From Thermoplasmata archaeon (lineage in GTDB: Archaea; Thermoplasmatota; Thermoplasmata; Lutacidiplasmatales; UBA184), in NCBI GenBank assembly GCA_050749765.1, contig JBOGRR010000002.1, positions 1 to 52,871 on the forward strand: DNA of 52,871 bases, written 5' to 3'. The position numbers and the translations under genes were made by a program. A model generated the notes under the pieces. It was not told where the DNA came from, did no database searches, and saw only the letters and a program-made list of their open reading frames with translations. Below, in pieces: positions 1-8,052 of this stretch (the first letter of the stretch is position 1; every line of letters begins with the position of its first letter).

Positions 1-963
1 GATCCAAGTGACCGCGTGCGGCGTGCGGCGGTCCTCGCGCTGGGGGAGTCGGAGGAGCCCGACGCTTCGGAGCGGATCCGACCGATGTTTCACGACTCGG
101 CGCGCCGTGTGCGCAACGCGACGGCCGTCGTGATGGGGCGGCGACGCGACGCGGCGAGCGTGCCGATCCTTCTCGAGCGCGCCGATGGGCCGGACCGGTG
201 GGAGCGCCCGTCGGTGCTGGTGGCGCTCGGTCGGATCGGCGATCTCCGCGCGCAGGACGCCCTCGAGCGCGCGGCGAGGGATCCGGCCCATTACATCCGG
301 GTCTGCGGGCTGCACGCGCTCGGAGAGATGCGCGCGCCGGGGGCTCGCCGCGCGTCGCTCGAGCACGTCCACGATCCCGCGTGGGCCGTCCGTGGTGCCG
401 CCGTGATCTGCCTGGGGGAGGTGGGCACGCCGGGCGATCTACCGACCCTGCTCGAGCTCCTCGAGGATCCCCATCCCTGGCCGCGCAGCGCGGCGGTCTA
501 CGCGATCGGCCGCCTCGGAATGGTCGAAGCGCTCCCGCGGGTCCGCGAGGAGCTCGGCCATCCGGTCGCCGACGTGCGGCTGGCCGCGATCTGGACGCTC
601 GGACGCTTGCGCGACGACGGTGCGCGCGCCGATCTCGTGCGCTTGCTCGACGTCGATCCGTGCGACGCGTCGTCCCCCACGACCCTCTATGCGGAGGGCG
701 ACGGGGCGATCCGTCTCGCCTCCGACGCCGACGCGCGAATCTTCGACACCGTCGTCCAGGCCCTCGGGCGCCTGCGTCACGCCGAAGATCCGTTCATCGA
801 GGAGGCGCTCTCCGTCGCGCGCGCCCGCTTCACCGACGAGGAGCTCGACCGCGGCGCCCGGCTCCCGGCCACCGAGGGGCGGGGGGAAGACGCCGGCACG
901 ACCTTGCGCGAGCTCTTCGATCACGCGCTCCCGGCGGGGGGCGACCCGAGCGAGGCCGGATGA
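1..963 (+). CDS. HEAT-repeat (PBS-lyase-like) protein, 5' end cut by window edge
   Basis: The frame is open from nt 1 (the track starts it at GTG 16). It contains repeated ~30-aa units of the HEAT_2 type, e.g. VRNATAVVMGRRRDAASVPILLERADGPD, VRGAAVICLGEVGTPGDLPTLLELLEDPH and VRLAAIWTLGRLRDDGARADLVRLL. The TGA stop at 961-963 overlaps the next ATG (ATGA). Confidence 0.75.
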   Translation, partial: DPSDRVRRAAVLALGESEEPDASERIRPMFHDSARRVRNATAVVMGRRRDAASVPILLERADGPDRWERPSVLVALGRIGDLRAQDALERAARDPAHYIRVCGLHALGEMRAPGARRASLEHVHDPAWAVRGAAVICLGEVGTPGDLPTLLELLEDPHPWPRSAAVYAIGRLGMVEALPRVREELGHPVADVRLAAIWTLGRLRDDGARADLVRLLDVDPCDASSPTTLYAEGDGAIRLASDADARIFDTVVQALGRLRHAEDPFIEEALSVARARFTDEELDRGARLPATEGRGEDAGTTLRELFDHALPAGGDPSEAG

Positions 964-1901
964 TCCGCGATTTTCGGCCCACCCAGGCGACGCGGCTCTT
1001 TGATCTCCTCGTCGCTAACTTCCCCGTCGAAGAACGGCTGTACGGGATGCGCCCCGAATCCTGGGGGCGCATCGTGCGCCGGATCTATCGATGGGACACG
1101 CGCCTCATCCTCGGGCTCTTTCGCATGGTGCGGCGCCCGATCTTCCGTTTCTTCACGATCGAGGCGGATGGGCGGCTTGCCGCCACGACGATCCTCTCGT
1201 TCAGCGAACGGGCCGGCTACGTGAGCATGGTGATGGTCGACTCCCCGTACCGGCGTCGCGGCTACGCGCGCCGGCTCCTCGAGCGGAGCCATGAGGTCGC
1301 CCGGGCGGCCGGCAAGCGCTACGTCGCGCTGGACGTCTTCGAGGAGAACGCACCAGCGATCGCCCTCTACCGGGGGATGGGCTACGAGACGCTGCGCGAA
1401 TCCGGGCTTTTCGCCCGATCCCTCGACCCCGCCGCCAGCCCACCGACGGCGCGAGCCCCGAGCGGGTACCGGAGGTTCCGCTCGAGCGATCGCGACCCGC
1501 TCTTCGCCCTCGCTCTCGAGGCGACTCCGGCCCGGGTCGCCGAGGTGCTGCCACCGCGGCGCGCGGCGATCGGGGGATCCGATCTCGTCGACCGGATCCT
1601 TTCCGGGGAGTCGATGAGCTTCGTGCTCGACGGCCCGACGGCACCGATCGCATGGGTCGCGGTCTCCGTCTCGGACACGATGGAAGCGGCGGTCCTCTCG
1701 ACGCCCCTCGTCGGGCCGAGCGTCCCCGCGGAAACGGCCGCGGACCTCGTCCGCGAAGCGATCGACTGGGCCGGGCGCCACGGCGCCGTGCGGGTTGTCG
1801 CGCAGACCCCTCTCGAGAACCGGCGAGCGGTAGCGGCCCTCGAAGGCGCGGGACTCACGCTGGCCCATCGATTGTACACGCTCTACTGCTCCGTGAGGTA
1901 G
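960..1901 (+). CDS. GNAT-family N-acetyltransferase (tandem GNAT-like halves)
   Basis: This is the C-terminal part of track ORF 198..1901. ATG 960 overlaps the upstream stop. The acetyl-CoA motif region reads VMVDSPYRRRGYARRLLERSHEVARAAGKRYVALDVFEENAPAIALYRGMGYE. A second GNAT-like half ends in AVRVVAQTPLENRRAVAALEGAGLTL. Confidence 0.8.
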   Translation: MIRDFRPTQATRLFDLLVANFPVEERLYGMRPESWGRIVRRIYRWDTRLILGLFRMVRRPIFRFFTIEADGRLAATTILSFSERAGYVSMVMVDSPYRRRGYARRLLERSHEVARAAGKRYVALDVFEENAPAIALYRGMGYETLRESGLFARSLDPAASPPTARAPSGYRRFRSSDRDPLFALALEATPARVAEVLPPRRAAIGGSDLVDRILSGESMSFVLDGPTAPIAWVAVSVSDTMEAAVLSTPLVGPSVPAETAADLVREAIDWAGRHGAVRVVAQTPLENRRAVAALEGAGLTLAHRLYTLYCSVR

Positions 1902-1909
1902 GGGTCGGG

Positions 1910-3190
1910 ATGACCCCCCCGCTCGACGTCTACTTGATGCCCGCGGTCGTGGGCGGTGGGCGCGGGGACATCGATGAGGTCCTCGTCGCCGGCCACTATC
2001 TTCGACGGGCGGGCTTCGAACCGATGGTCTACCGACGGGCCGGCCGTCCGCTCCCGCGCGAGGTCGATGGGCCGTGGGATTGGCCGCGCCACCGGCGGAT
2101 CTCGGCGCTGCGGCCGAACGCGAGCCGAGCGCTCACGGTGACGCCGTGTTGGGGCGTGAGCGCCGCGCCGTCGCGCGATGAACCGTTCGGTCGCGGCGGA
2201 CCGTGGGAGCCGGAAGCGAGCGACATCGAACGCCGCTACGGCTCCGATCGCACGCTGCACGTGAGCCTCGAGGAGTTCGCTCGGACCCTGACCAGCCGGC
2301 AGGAGTCGGCCGAGCGCTGGCGCGAAGGAGGTCGAACCGCGCAGGAGATCCGTGCATGGACCCGACGCCCGGAGTTCTCGAGAGAAGCCGCCGCCTACCG
2401 ACGGGCCTACCGACGCTTTCGCGCGTTCGATCGAGAGAATGTCGTGCACCTCTACGCGACGTTCCAGCCCTCGATCGCGTTCGCGCGCGAGTACCCGGAA
2501 GCGATCCAGTGCGGTCCGCTGTGGCCGATCCACGGGCGTCGGGCGCGGTCCCGCCCCGCCCGGCGAGGGCGCTCGCGCACGCAGTGGATGTGGTACGCGA
2601 GCCCTTCGAGCGCCGAGCGGATCGCACCGCGTGTTCTCGAGGGCCTCGCCCGGGCCCCCGGGCGCCCACAGTTGATCGTCCGCGTACCGCGGAGGTGGGC
2701 GCTCGACCTTCGGGCCGAGGACGGAACAGTATCGACCGCCACCGACGTGCCGGTGCGGTGGCACCGCGCGCTCGCAGCGGCAGACCTGAGGATCGTCACG
2801 GGGAGCCGAACGCTGCTCGAAGCGATCGGTCTCGGTGGGCCGTTCCTCTACTTCAACGGGATCCTCGGCACGGGAGCTTCGACCCACCGCCACCGACCGG
2901 AGAAGCTCGATCGGATGCTCGCGGTCGCGCCGTTCCCTAAGGACGTGCAGCGCGATCTTCGCGACTTCGCGCGCGGGCGTCGGATCGCATCGGTCGTTCG
3001 TCGAGCGTCGCGGAGGGCCGGGGGCTGGGGACGGTGGCCGTCCGGGCCCTGGACGCAGGGGTTCCCTTCACGAGCCTCAGATGCGGGTCGCCTCCTGGTG
3101 TCGATCGCACGCTCCTTCGCCGCGACGACGGCACCGAGCCCGGACGTGGTCCGAGCGCTCCGAGCGGGGCGACCCCCTCCCAGTCGATAG
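1910..3190 (+). CDS. hypothetical protein, possibly GT-B-fold glycosyltransferase-like (EarP/DUF2331-like by eye)
   Basis: ATG 1910 lies 9 nt after the GNAT stop and in frame with track ORF 1652..3190. The composition looks coding, with no Arg/Pro-only shadow pattern downstream of the ATG. Weak resemblance to EarP-type motifs is described in the findings. Confidence 0.6.
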   Translation: MTPPLDVYLMPAVVGGGRGDIDEVLVAGHYLRRAGFEPMVYRRAGRPLPREVDGPWDWPRHRRISALRPNASRALTVTPCWGVSAAPSRDEPFGRGGPWEPEASDIERRYGSDRTLHVSLEEFARTLTSRQESAERWREGGRTAQEIRAWTRRPEFSREAAAYRRAYRRFRAFDRENVVHLYATFQPSIAFAREYPEAIQCGPLWPIHGRRARSRPARRGRSRTQWMWYASPSSAERIAPRVLEGLARAPGRPQLIVRVPRRWALDLRAEDGTVSTATDVPVRWHRALAAADLRIVTGSRTLLEAIGLGGPFLYFNGILGTGASTHRHRPEKLDRMLAVAPFPKDVQRDLRDFARGRRIASVVRRASRRAGGWGRWPSGPWTQGFPSRASDAGRLLVSIARSFAATTAPSPDVVRALRAGRPPPSR

Positions 3191-3276
3191 CCCGGGTCGG
3201 CCGCGCCGTGCGGTACGTACGGTCGGGGCTTCAATCTCACCTCGGTGCGGTCGTCGGAGGGGGAGCTGGCCCACCC

Positions 3277-5985
3277 ATGACGCTCGGACCCGATCGCCCG
3301 TCGATCTCCGGCGGCGACGGCGTCGCGGCCGACATCTTCGAGAAGCCGCCCGCGCTCACCCAGTACCTCGACCAGACCGAGGAGGCGATCCGCGCTCGCC
3401 TCGCGAAGCTGCGCATCTTCGACCGGGTCTTCCTGTTGCATCGCGACTGGATGACCCGGATCACGATGCTCATGATCGTCCTCGCCCTGTTCTGGGGGGC
3501 GGTCGGGGCGTTCGACGCCTTCGGCTTCCAGAGTCAGGTCGTCGCGTGGGTCGAGGTCGAGCAACTCCACCTCTCGAACCAGGAGATCTACTCCTCCGTC
3601 ACGCTGCACGGCATCCGAATGCTCTTTGGCTTCGCCCAACAGCTCGAGATGGCGATCTTCGGGCTCCTGGTGATCAACGCGCTCGGGATCGTTCCGCGCT
3701 ACAAGTGGCGCCTATACGCCTCGGTCGCGCTGATCAATCTCTCGATCATCCTCATTCAAGGTCCGATCTACCTCGCGCCGTTCAACGACAACTACTTCCC
3801 GTCGCTCGGGTGGTACTTCCTCTCCCCGCTCGGCGTCAACGGCCAGAGCCTCTACGTCGCTTCGCCGCTCTGGTTCCTCGGCTGGCTCGCCCTCTGCGCG
3901 TCGGTCTTCCTCTGGTCGTGGTGGATGCTCAGCCACTTCTGGGCGTGGTGGCGCCAGCGGAGCGTCGGTCATCCCGGCGAGCGGTTCCCGGTCTTCCTCC
4001 TGTTCATCCTCGCGACGATCGCCCTCATCCTCGTCAGCTACATTCCGCTCGTCGTCTCGACCGTCTGGGACCTCGGGACCTACTTCGGGAACTGGCCGAT
4101 CGACCCGCTCGTCAACCAGGTCATCTTCTGGCTGTTCGGCCACGGCGTCGTCTACGTGCTGTTCCTCATCCCGGTGACCGGCCTCTACCTGCTCCTGCCG
4201 ATCCTCGCCCGTCGGCCGGTCTACTCCTACCGATGGGCGTTCGTCGCAGCGGTCCTCTTCGTGCTGTTGACCCCGCTCCTCGGGGTCCACCACCTCTTCC
4301 TCGCCCCGCTTCCGTCGTGGTTAGTCTGGCTCACGATGGTCATCTCGTTCCTGATCATCATCCCGAGCGCGATCACCTTCTTCTCGCTCTGGATGACGCT
4401 CAAGGGGGTCCGCCCTTCGCAGTGGGAGTGGAACGCGGTCGCGCTCTTTTCACTCCTCGCCTTCGCGGGCTCGATCCTCGGTGGGCTATCGGGTCCGGCC
4501 GTCGCGACCGTTCCCTGGAACGTCGATCTCCACAACTCGCTCTTCGTGCTCAGCCACTTCCACGCGCTCACGATCCTCGCGATCGTGGCCGGTGGCTACG
4601 CATTCGTCTACGCGTTCTTTCCGATCCTCTCCGGGCGCGCGTGGTTCTCGGCGTGGCTGGCGCGAGCGCACTTCGCGCTTACGGCGATCGGCGGCGTCGC
4701 GCTCGTGGTCTCGTTCGACGACCTCGGGAATCTGGGGATCCTGCGTCGCGCGTTCATGGTCCCTCCGCTCCCACCGGTCATCCTGGGGGAGCTCCTCCTC
4801 TACGCCGCGATCATCATCCTGTGCGTCGGCCAGCTCCTCTTCGTCGCGAACGGCGTCCTCACTGTCTTCCGTGGCGCGCTCTTCTCGAGCGCCGGACTCT
4901 CGTTCGACGAGGCGGTGCGCAAGGCCGCCCAAGGAACGGTCCCGAGGCGGGGCCACCGGGTTCCCGTCGGGAATCTCCCCTTTGTGCGGCGCCTGCCCCG
5001 CTCGCGTCGCGAACGCACCGAGAAGATCTGGGTCTCTACGGTCGCCATCCTCGTCGCGCTCGTCCTGGTCGCGTATACCCCGGCCGCCTTCGGTACCTCG
5101 AACGCGATCGGGACCCCGGGCGCGTACCCGGCCGGGACCGAATTCGTGACGATGAACGGCCTGCAGTACTACTGGAGCGTGAACGAGAGCGGCGCCGTCG
5201 TGGGGTCGTTCGACAACGTGATCGTCGCCCAGGCCGGCCAGGCGGTGAGCATCAACGCGACGGCGAGCGGCGCGACGCAAGACCTCTACATCCCTCTTAG
5301 AAGTCAGCCGGTCGTCAGCATCCAGGTCGTCCCCGGATCGACCTCGTACACGCTCTTCACCGCGCCCACGGTCCCGGGCGTGTACGCGGTCCCGAACGGG
5401 GAGTTCAACGGGCCGTGGTTCGGCCAGGACGTCGCCGCCCTCGTCGTGATCCCGGCCGGCGGAGCGTACCCGACGCTCGACCAGTTCGTGTCGAGCGGGG
5501 GCGCCGGCGACATCTACAACCCCCCGGTCGTGCCGTCGGCCGGAACGGAGCTCGTCGGCAACCAGGAGGGCGTGTTCAACTCCTCCGCTCCCGGGCCGAC
5601 GCTGACGGCGAGCGCCGGACCGGTCTCGTTCCGCTGGACCGTGCCGCTCTCCTCGATCGGCATCGACAACTACCTCGTCAACGTGACGTCCAACGATCCC
5701 AACCAGCAGCAACAGTACGTGATCGACCAGAACTACACCCTCCCGTATCTCTTCGGGATCTGGCAGATCGATCCGACCGTCGGGCTGGTTCCGGTCGAGG
5801 CGGCGCCGCTCGTCATCAACTCGGACGTCACGGCGAGCGCGACGCTCCCCGGCGGCGCCTATCTCTACGGGATCACGGCCCCGATCGACTATTCCTACGA
5901 CCCGGACGGGCAGTCCGGGATCACGACGGGGAGTCAGACGGGCTACGTGATGGGCCTGTGGGGTGTTCTGTGGGTGAGCGGATGA
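3277..5985 (+). CDS. heme-copper oxidase subunit I fused to an extra TM helix and a cupredoxin-like (subunit II-like) ectodomain
   Basis: ATG 3277 is preceded by GGAGGGGGA at 3257-3265. All six canonical metal-ligand His are present: TLHGIRMLFGF (heme), FWLFGHGVVY (CuB His plus Tyr at +4), GVHHLF (CuB), LSHFHALT (heme a3 and heme a). After about 12 TM helices comes the TM segment IWVSTVAILVALVLVAY. This is followed by a ~300-aa beta-rich tail containing QYYWSV. Confidence 0.9.
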   Translation: MTLGPDRPSISGGDGVAADIFEKPPALTQYLDQTEEAIRARLAKLRIFDRVFLLHRDWMTRITMLMIVLALFWGAVGAFDAFGFQSQVVAWVEVEQLHLSNQEIYSSVTLHGIRMLFGFAQQLEMAIFGLLVINALGIVPRYKWRLYASVALINLSIILIQGPIYLAPFNDNYFPSLGWYFLSPLGVNGQSLYVASPLWFLGWLALCASVFLWSWWMLSHFWAWWRQRSVGHPGERFPVFLLFILATIALILVSYIPLVVSTVWDLGTYFGNWPIDPLVNQVIFWLFGHGVVYVLFLIPVTGLYLLLPILARRPVYSYRWAFVAAVLFVLLTPLLGVHHLFLAPLPSWLVWLTMVISFLIIIPSAITFFSLWMTLKGVRPSQWEWNAVALFSLLAFAGSILGGLSGPAVATVPWNVDLHNSLFVLSHFHALTILAIVAGGYAFVYAFFPILSGRAWFSAWLARAHFALTAIGGVALVVSFDDLGNLGILRRAFMVPPLPPVILGELLLYAAIIILCVGQLLFVANGVLTVFRGALFSSAGLSFDEAVRKAAQGTVPRRGHRVPVGNLPFVRRLPRSRRERTEKIWVSTVAILVALVLVAYTPAAFGTSNAIGTPGAYPAGTEFVTMNGLQYYWSVNESGAVVGSFDNVIVAQAGQAVSINATASGATQDLYIPLRSQPVVSIQVVPGSTSYTLFTAPTVPGVYAVPNGEFNGPWFGQDVAALVVIPAGGAYPTLDQFVSSGGAGDIYNPPVVPSAGTELVGNQEGVFNSSAPGPTLTASAGPVSFRWTVPLSSIGIDNYLVNVTSNDPNQQQQYVIDQNYTLPYLFGIWQIDPTVGLVPVEAAPLVINSDVTASATLPGGAYLYGITAPIDYSYDPDGQSGITTGSQTGYVMGLWGVLWVSG

Positions 5986-6209
5986 TCGATGCGCGCCCGC
6001 CTCCCGAGCCGAGCGGGTCGGTCTGGGCGAGCCCGTTCGCCATCTTCGGTTACGCGATGATCCTCGCGAGCGCCTACGCCATCTTCGAGATGTCGTACTA
6101 CGCCGGGGTCCCGGCGCTCTCCTCCGCGACGCTCGGGACGATCGGCGCGGTCGTCGCGGCGGTGGTCGCCTTCCTCATCCTGGGGGTCCGCGCGCCTCCG
6201 AACGAGTGA
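5982..6209 (+). CDS. small two-TM membrane protein, possible accessory oxidase subunit
   Basis: ATG 5982 overlaps the oxidase stop (ATGA, 5982-5985). The 75-aa product has two hydrophobic helices (FAIFGYAMILASAYAIF and LGTIGAVVAAVVAFLILGV). There is no homology call. Confidence 0.55.
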   Translation: MIDARPPPEPSGSVWASPFAIFGYAMILASAYAIFEMSYYAGVPALSSATLGTIGAVVAAVVAFLILGVRAPPNE

Positions 6210-6227
6210 GCGACCCCACGAACTCCG

Positions 6228-6920
6228 ATGCCGCGCTCCACGAGACCGGGTCGAGGGGTTCGCCTCGGCCCAGGGTTCTTCGACCGACGCACGACGCGCG
6301 TGGCGCGCGAGCTCCTGGGCGCCGAACTCTGGGTCGCTCAGGGCGCTCGGCGCCGGTCGATACGCATCGTGGAGACCGAGGCGTACATTGCCCGGGACGA
6401 GGCGAACCATGCGAATCTCGGCATGACACGCCGCAACCGTTCGATGTTCGGTCCGCCCGGGACCCTCTACGTCTACCGGATCCACCAAGTCGTCTGCGCG
6501 AACCTCGTCACGCGGCCCGGACAGGCCGTGTTGATCCGTTCCGGCGAACCGATCGGCCACCTCCACGGGCCGACCCACGGTCCCGGGCGCCTGTGCCGGA
6601 CCTTGGGCATCACGATCGAGGACGATGGTGCGGACGCCGTCCGGGGCCGTCGAGTGGGCGTGCGGGCCGCTCCCGAGCGAGGGTTCGCAGTCTGGGTCGG
6701 ACCGCGCGTGGGCGTCTCGAACGCGCGCGATCGACCGCTCCGCTTCGCGGTGATCGATTCCCCGTTCCTCTCCTCGCCGCGGCCGACGCGCGCGGCTCGA
6801 AGGTTTACTTCAGCTTCGCCCAGTCGTAGCTGCGGCGACGCGCCGTCGCGCCAAATCCGCACGACGCGCAGACCGCCTTCTGGCGGTGGTAGGAATGGCG
6901 GCCACACCTACGGCACATGA
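6228..6920 (+). CDS. DNA-3-methyladenine (alkylpurine) glycosylase, AAG/MPG family
   Basis: Family signature: IVETEAYIARDEANHANLGMTRRNRSMFGPPGTLYVYRIHQVVCANLV ... GPGRLCRTLGI. The conserved domain ends near nt 6785. The last ~45 codons run antisense through rpl37e. Confidence 0.85.
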   Translation: MPRSTRPGRGVRLGPGFFDRRTTRVARELLGAELWVAQGARRRSIRIVETEAYIARDEANHANLGMTRRNRSMFGPPGTLYVYRIHQVVCANLVTRPGQAVLIRSGEPIGHLHGPTHGPGRLCRTLGITIEDDGADAVRGRRVGVRAAPERGFAVWVGPRVGVSNARDRPLRFAVIDSPFLSSPRPTRAARRFTSASPSRSCGDAPSRQIRTTRRPPSGGGRNGGHTYGT

Positions 6921-6966
6921 CGTGAACGATCTTTCCTCCGCGGCGTGATGGTGTTCCTTTCCCCAT
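6805..6966 (-). CDS. rpl37e: 50S ribosomal protein L37e
   Basis: Not in the ORF track because it is under 60 aa. The hand translation is MGKGTPSRRGGKIVHVMCRRCGRHSYHRQKAVCASCGFGATARRRSYDWAKLK*. It has the CxxC...CxxC zinc ribbon and the position directly downstream of the Sm gene that is typical of archaea. Confidence 0.9.
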   Translation of the reverse strand: MGKGTPSRRGGKIVHVMCRRCGRHSYHRQKAVCASCGFGATARRRSYDWAKLK

Positions 6967-6990
6967 GTGCGTCCTCTTCCCGTCCTCATC

Positions 6991-7203
6991 CTACGGAGCG
7001 ATGTAGACGATCGAGTCTCCGCGCAGCAGGGTGGGGCCAGAACTCGGCGCGCTCGGCGTCACCCCGACCTCCTCGACGCCGGAGAGCACGAGGTTCAGGT
7101 GCTGGTCGAAGGCATCGAGCGTGCCGCGATAGGCGCGGCCTCCCTTCATCTCCACGAGGACCTTCTGGTGAAGGCGCTCCTGGAGGACTTCCGCGGGCTT
7201 CAT
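6991..7203 (-). CDS. Sm-like archaeal protein (LSm/SmAP)
   Basis: Only the last 70 codons of the 753-aa track ORF are real. They read MKPAEVLQERLHQKVLVEMKGGRAYRGTLDAFDQHLNLVLSGVEE...LLRGDSIVYIAP, giving Sm1 and Sm2 motifs. The ATG is at 7203. Confidence 0.9.
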   Translation of the reverse strand: MKPAEVLQERLHQKVLVEMKGGRAYRGTLDAFDQHLNLVLSGVEEVGVTPSAPSSGPTLLRGDSIVYIAP

Positions 7204-7235
7204 CGTCGGGAGCCCGCCCACGGACCGTTCGGTTC

Positions 7236-8024
7236 TTAACGTTGCCCCGGGCCCCGCGCGACCGTTCGGGCCGCGCGTTGCGATGTAGCGAGCGCCCCGT
7301 CCCGCCGGACCCGTCGCGCCCCCACTCGGAGATCGGGCTCGAGCCGTTGAGTCGATGCACGAGCCCGCGGTTCCCGGAGCGGGCTCGCCCTCCAGGCCCG
7401 CAACGCTCGGCCGACGACCGACGGGGCCGACTCTCCCGAGCGAACTCGAAGGCGTCGGACCGGCACGATCCGAGACCAGCGGCCGAGCCAGAGCTCGCGC
7501 TCTCCCCGGCTCGCGGCGAGGTGCCGTTCGAAGAGCATCGGAGGGTGGCGAAGCCGGTCGCGTGCGGCGCGCCGGCGCCGCTCCGCCACCGGGACATCCA
7601 GGTACAGGACGAGGTCCGGGGACCCGAGGCGACCGTCGCTCATCGCCGCCCGCAGTAGCCGCGCCACGTAGCGCAGCGTCCCCGGCCCCGCGCGACCGGA
7701 GCGCACCAGGCCATAGGTGTAGGAAAGTGGGCCCCACGGCGCCGTGTCGAGGACCACGGACCGTCCCGAGCGAGCGAGGCGCTCGGCCAGCGCCCATCGG
7801 TGGATCTCCCGACGAACGAGGCGCTCCTCGATCCGTTTGAGCTGCGCGTCGGTCGTGAAGCGGATCGACAGGGGCGCTCCGTAGTGGAGCGCCTCGGCGA
7901 GGCGGACGGATCCCTCGGCGAGTGCAAGCGCTCGGGCGATCGCGGTCTTTCCGGCGCCCGATGCGCCCTCGATCGCAAGGATCGTGCCGCGCGGGGTGCG
8001 GAGGGGGGTGCGAACGGCGGCCAC
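7236..8024 (-). CDS. P-loop kinase of the dNK/TMPK superfamily (third TMPK-like gene in the window)
   Basis: GTG start at 8024. The Walker A reads ILAIEGASGAGKTAIARAL and a later VVLDTAPWGPLSYTYG resembles the D-R-Y/S..AY region. The function is not assignable from sequence alone. Confidence 0.65.
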   Translation of the reverse strand: MAAVRTPLRTPRGTILAIEGASGAGKTAIARALALAEGSVRLAEALHYGAPLSIRFTTDAQLKRIEERLVRREIHRWALAERLARSGRSVVLDTAPWGPLSYTYGLVRSGRAGPGTLRYVARLLRAAMSDGRLGSPDLVLYLDVPVAERRRRAARDRLRHPPMLFERHLAASRGERELWLGRWSRIVPVRRLRVRSGESAPSVVGRALRAWRASPLREPRARASTQRLEPDLRVGARRVRRDGALATSQRAARTVARGPGQR

Positions 8025-8052
8025 TGGGCCTAGGGGGAGCTCCCGCGCCCTT

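Noticed and set aside
198-1901. 567-aa ORF overlapping the HEAT-repeat gene
   Set aside because: The first ~250 codons are an Arg/Pro/Gly shadow of the HEAT gene in another frame. The recognisable GNAT sequence begins at ATG 960, which overlaps the HEAT gene stop.
3213-3220. GTACGTAC palindrome upstream of the oxidase gene; a related cgtacg lies in the hairpin at 41272-41286
   Set aside because: An 8-bp palindrome occurring once per site is weak evidence. There are no paired half-sites or repeats, so it does not merit a regulatory call.
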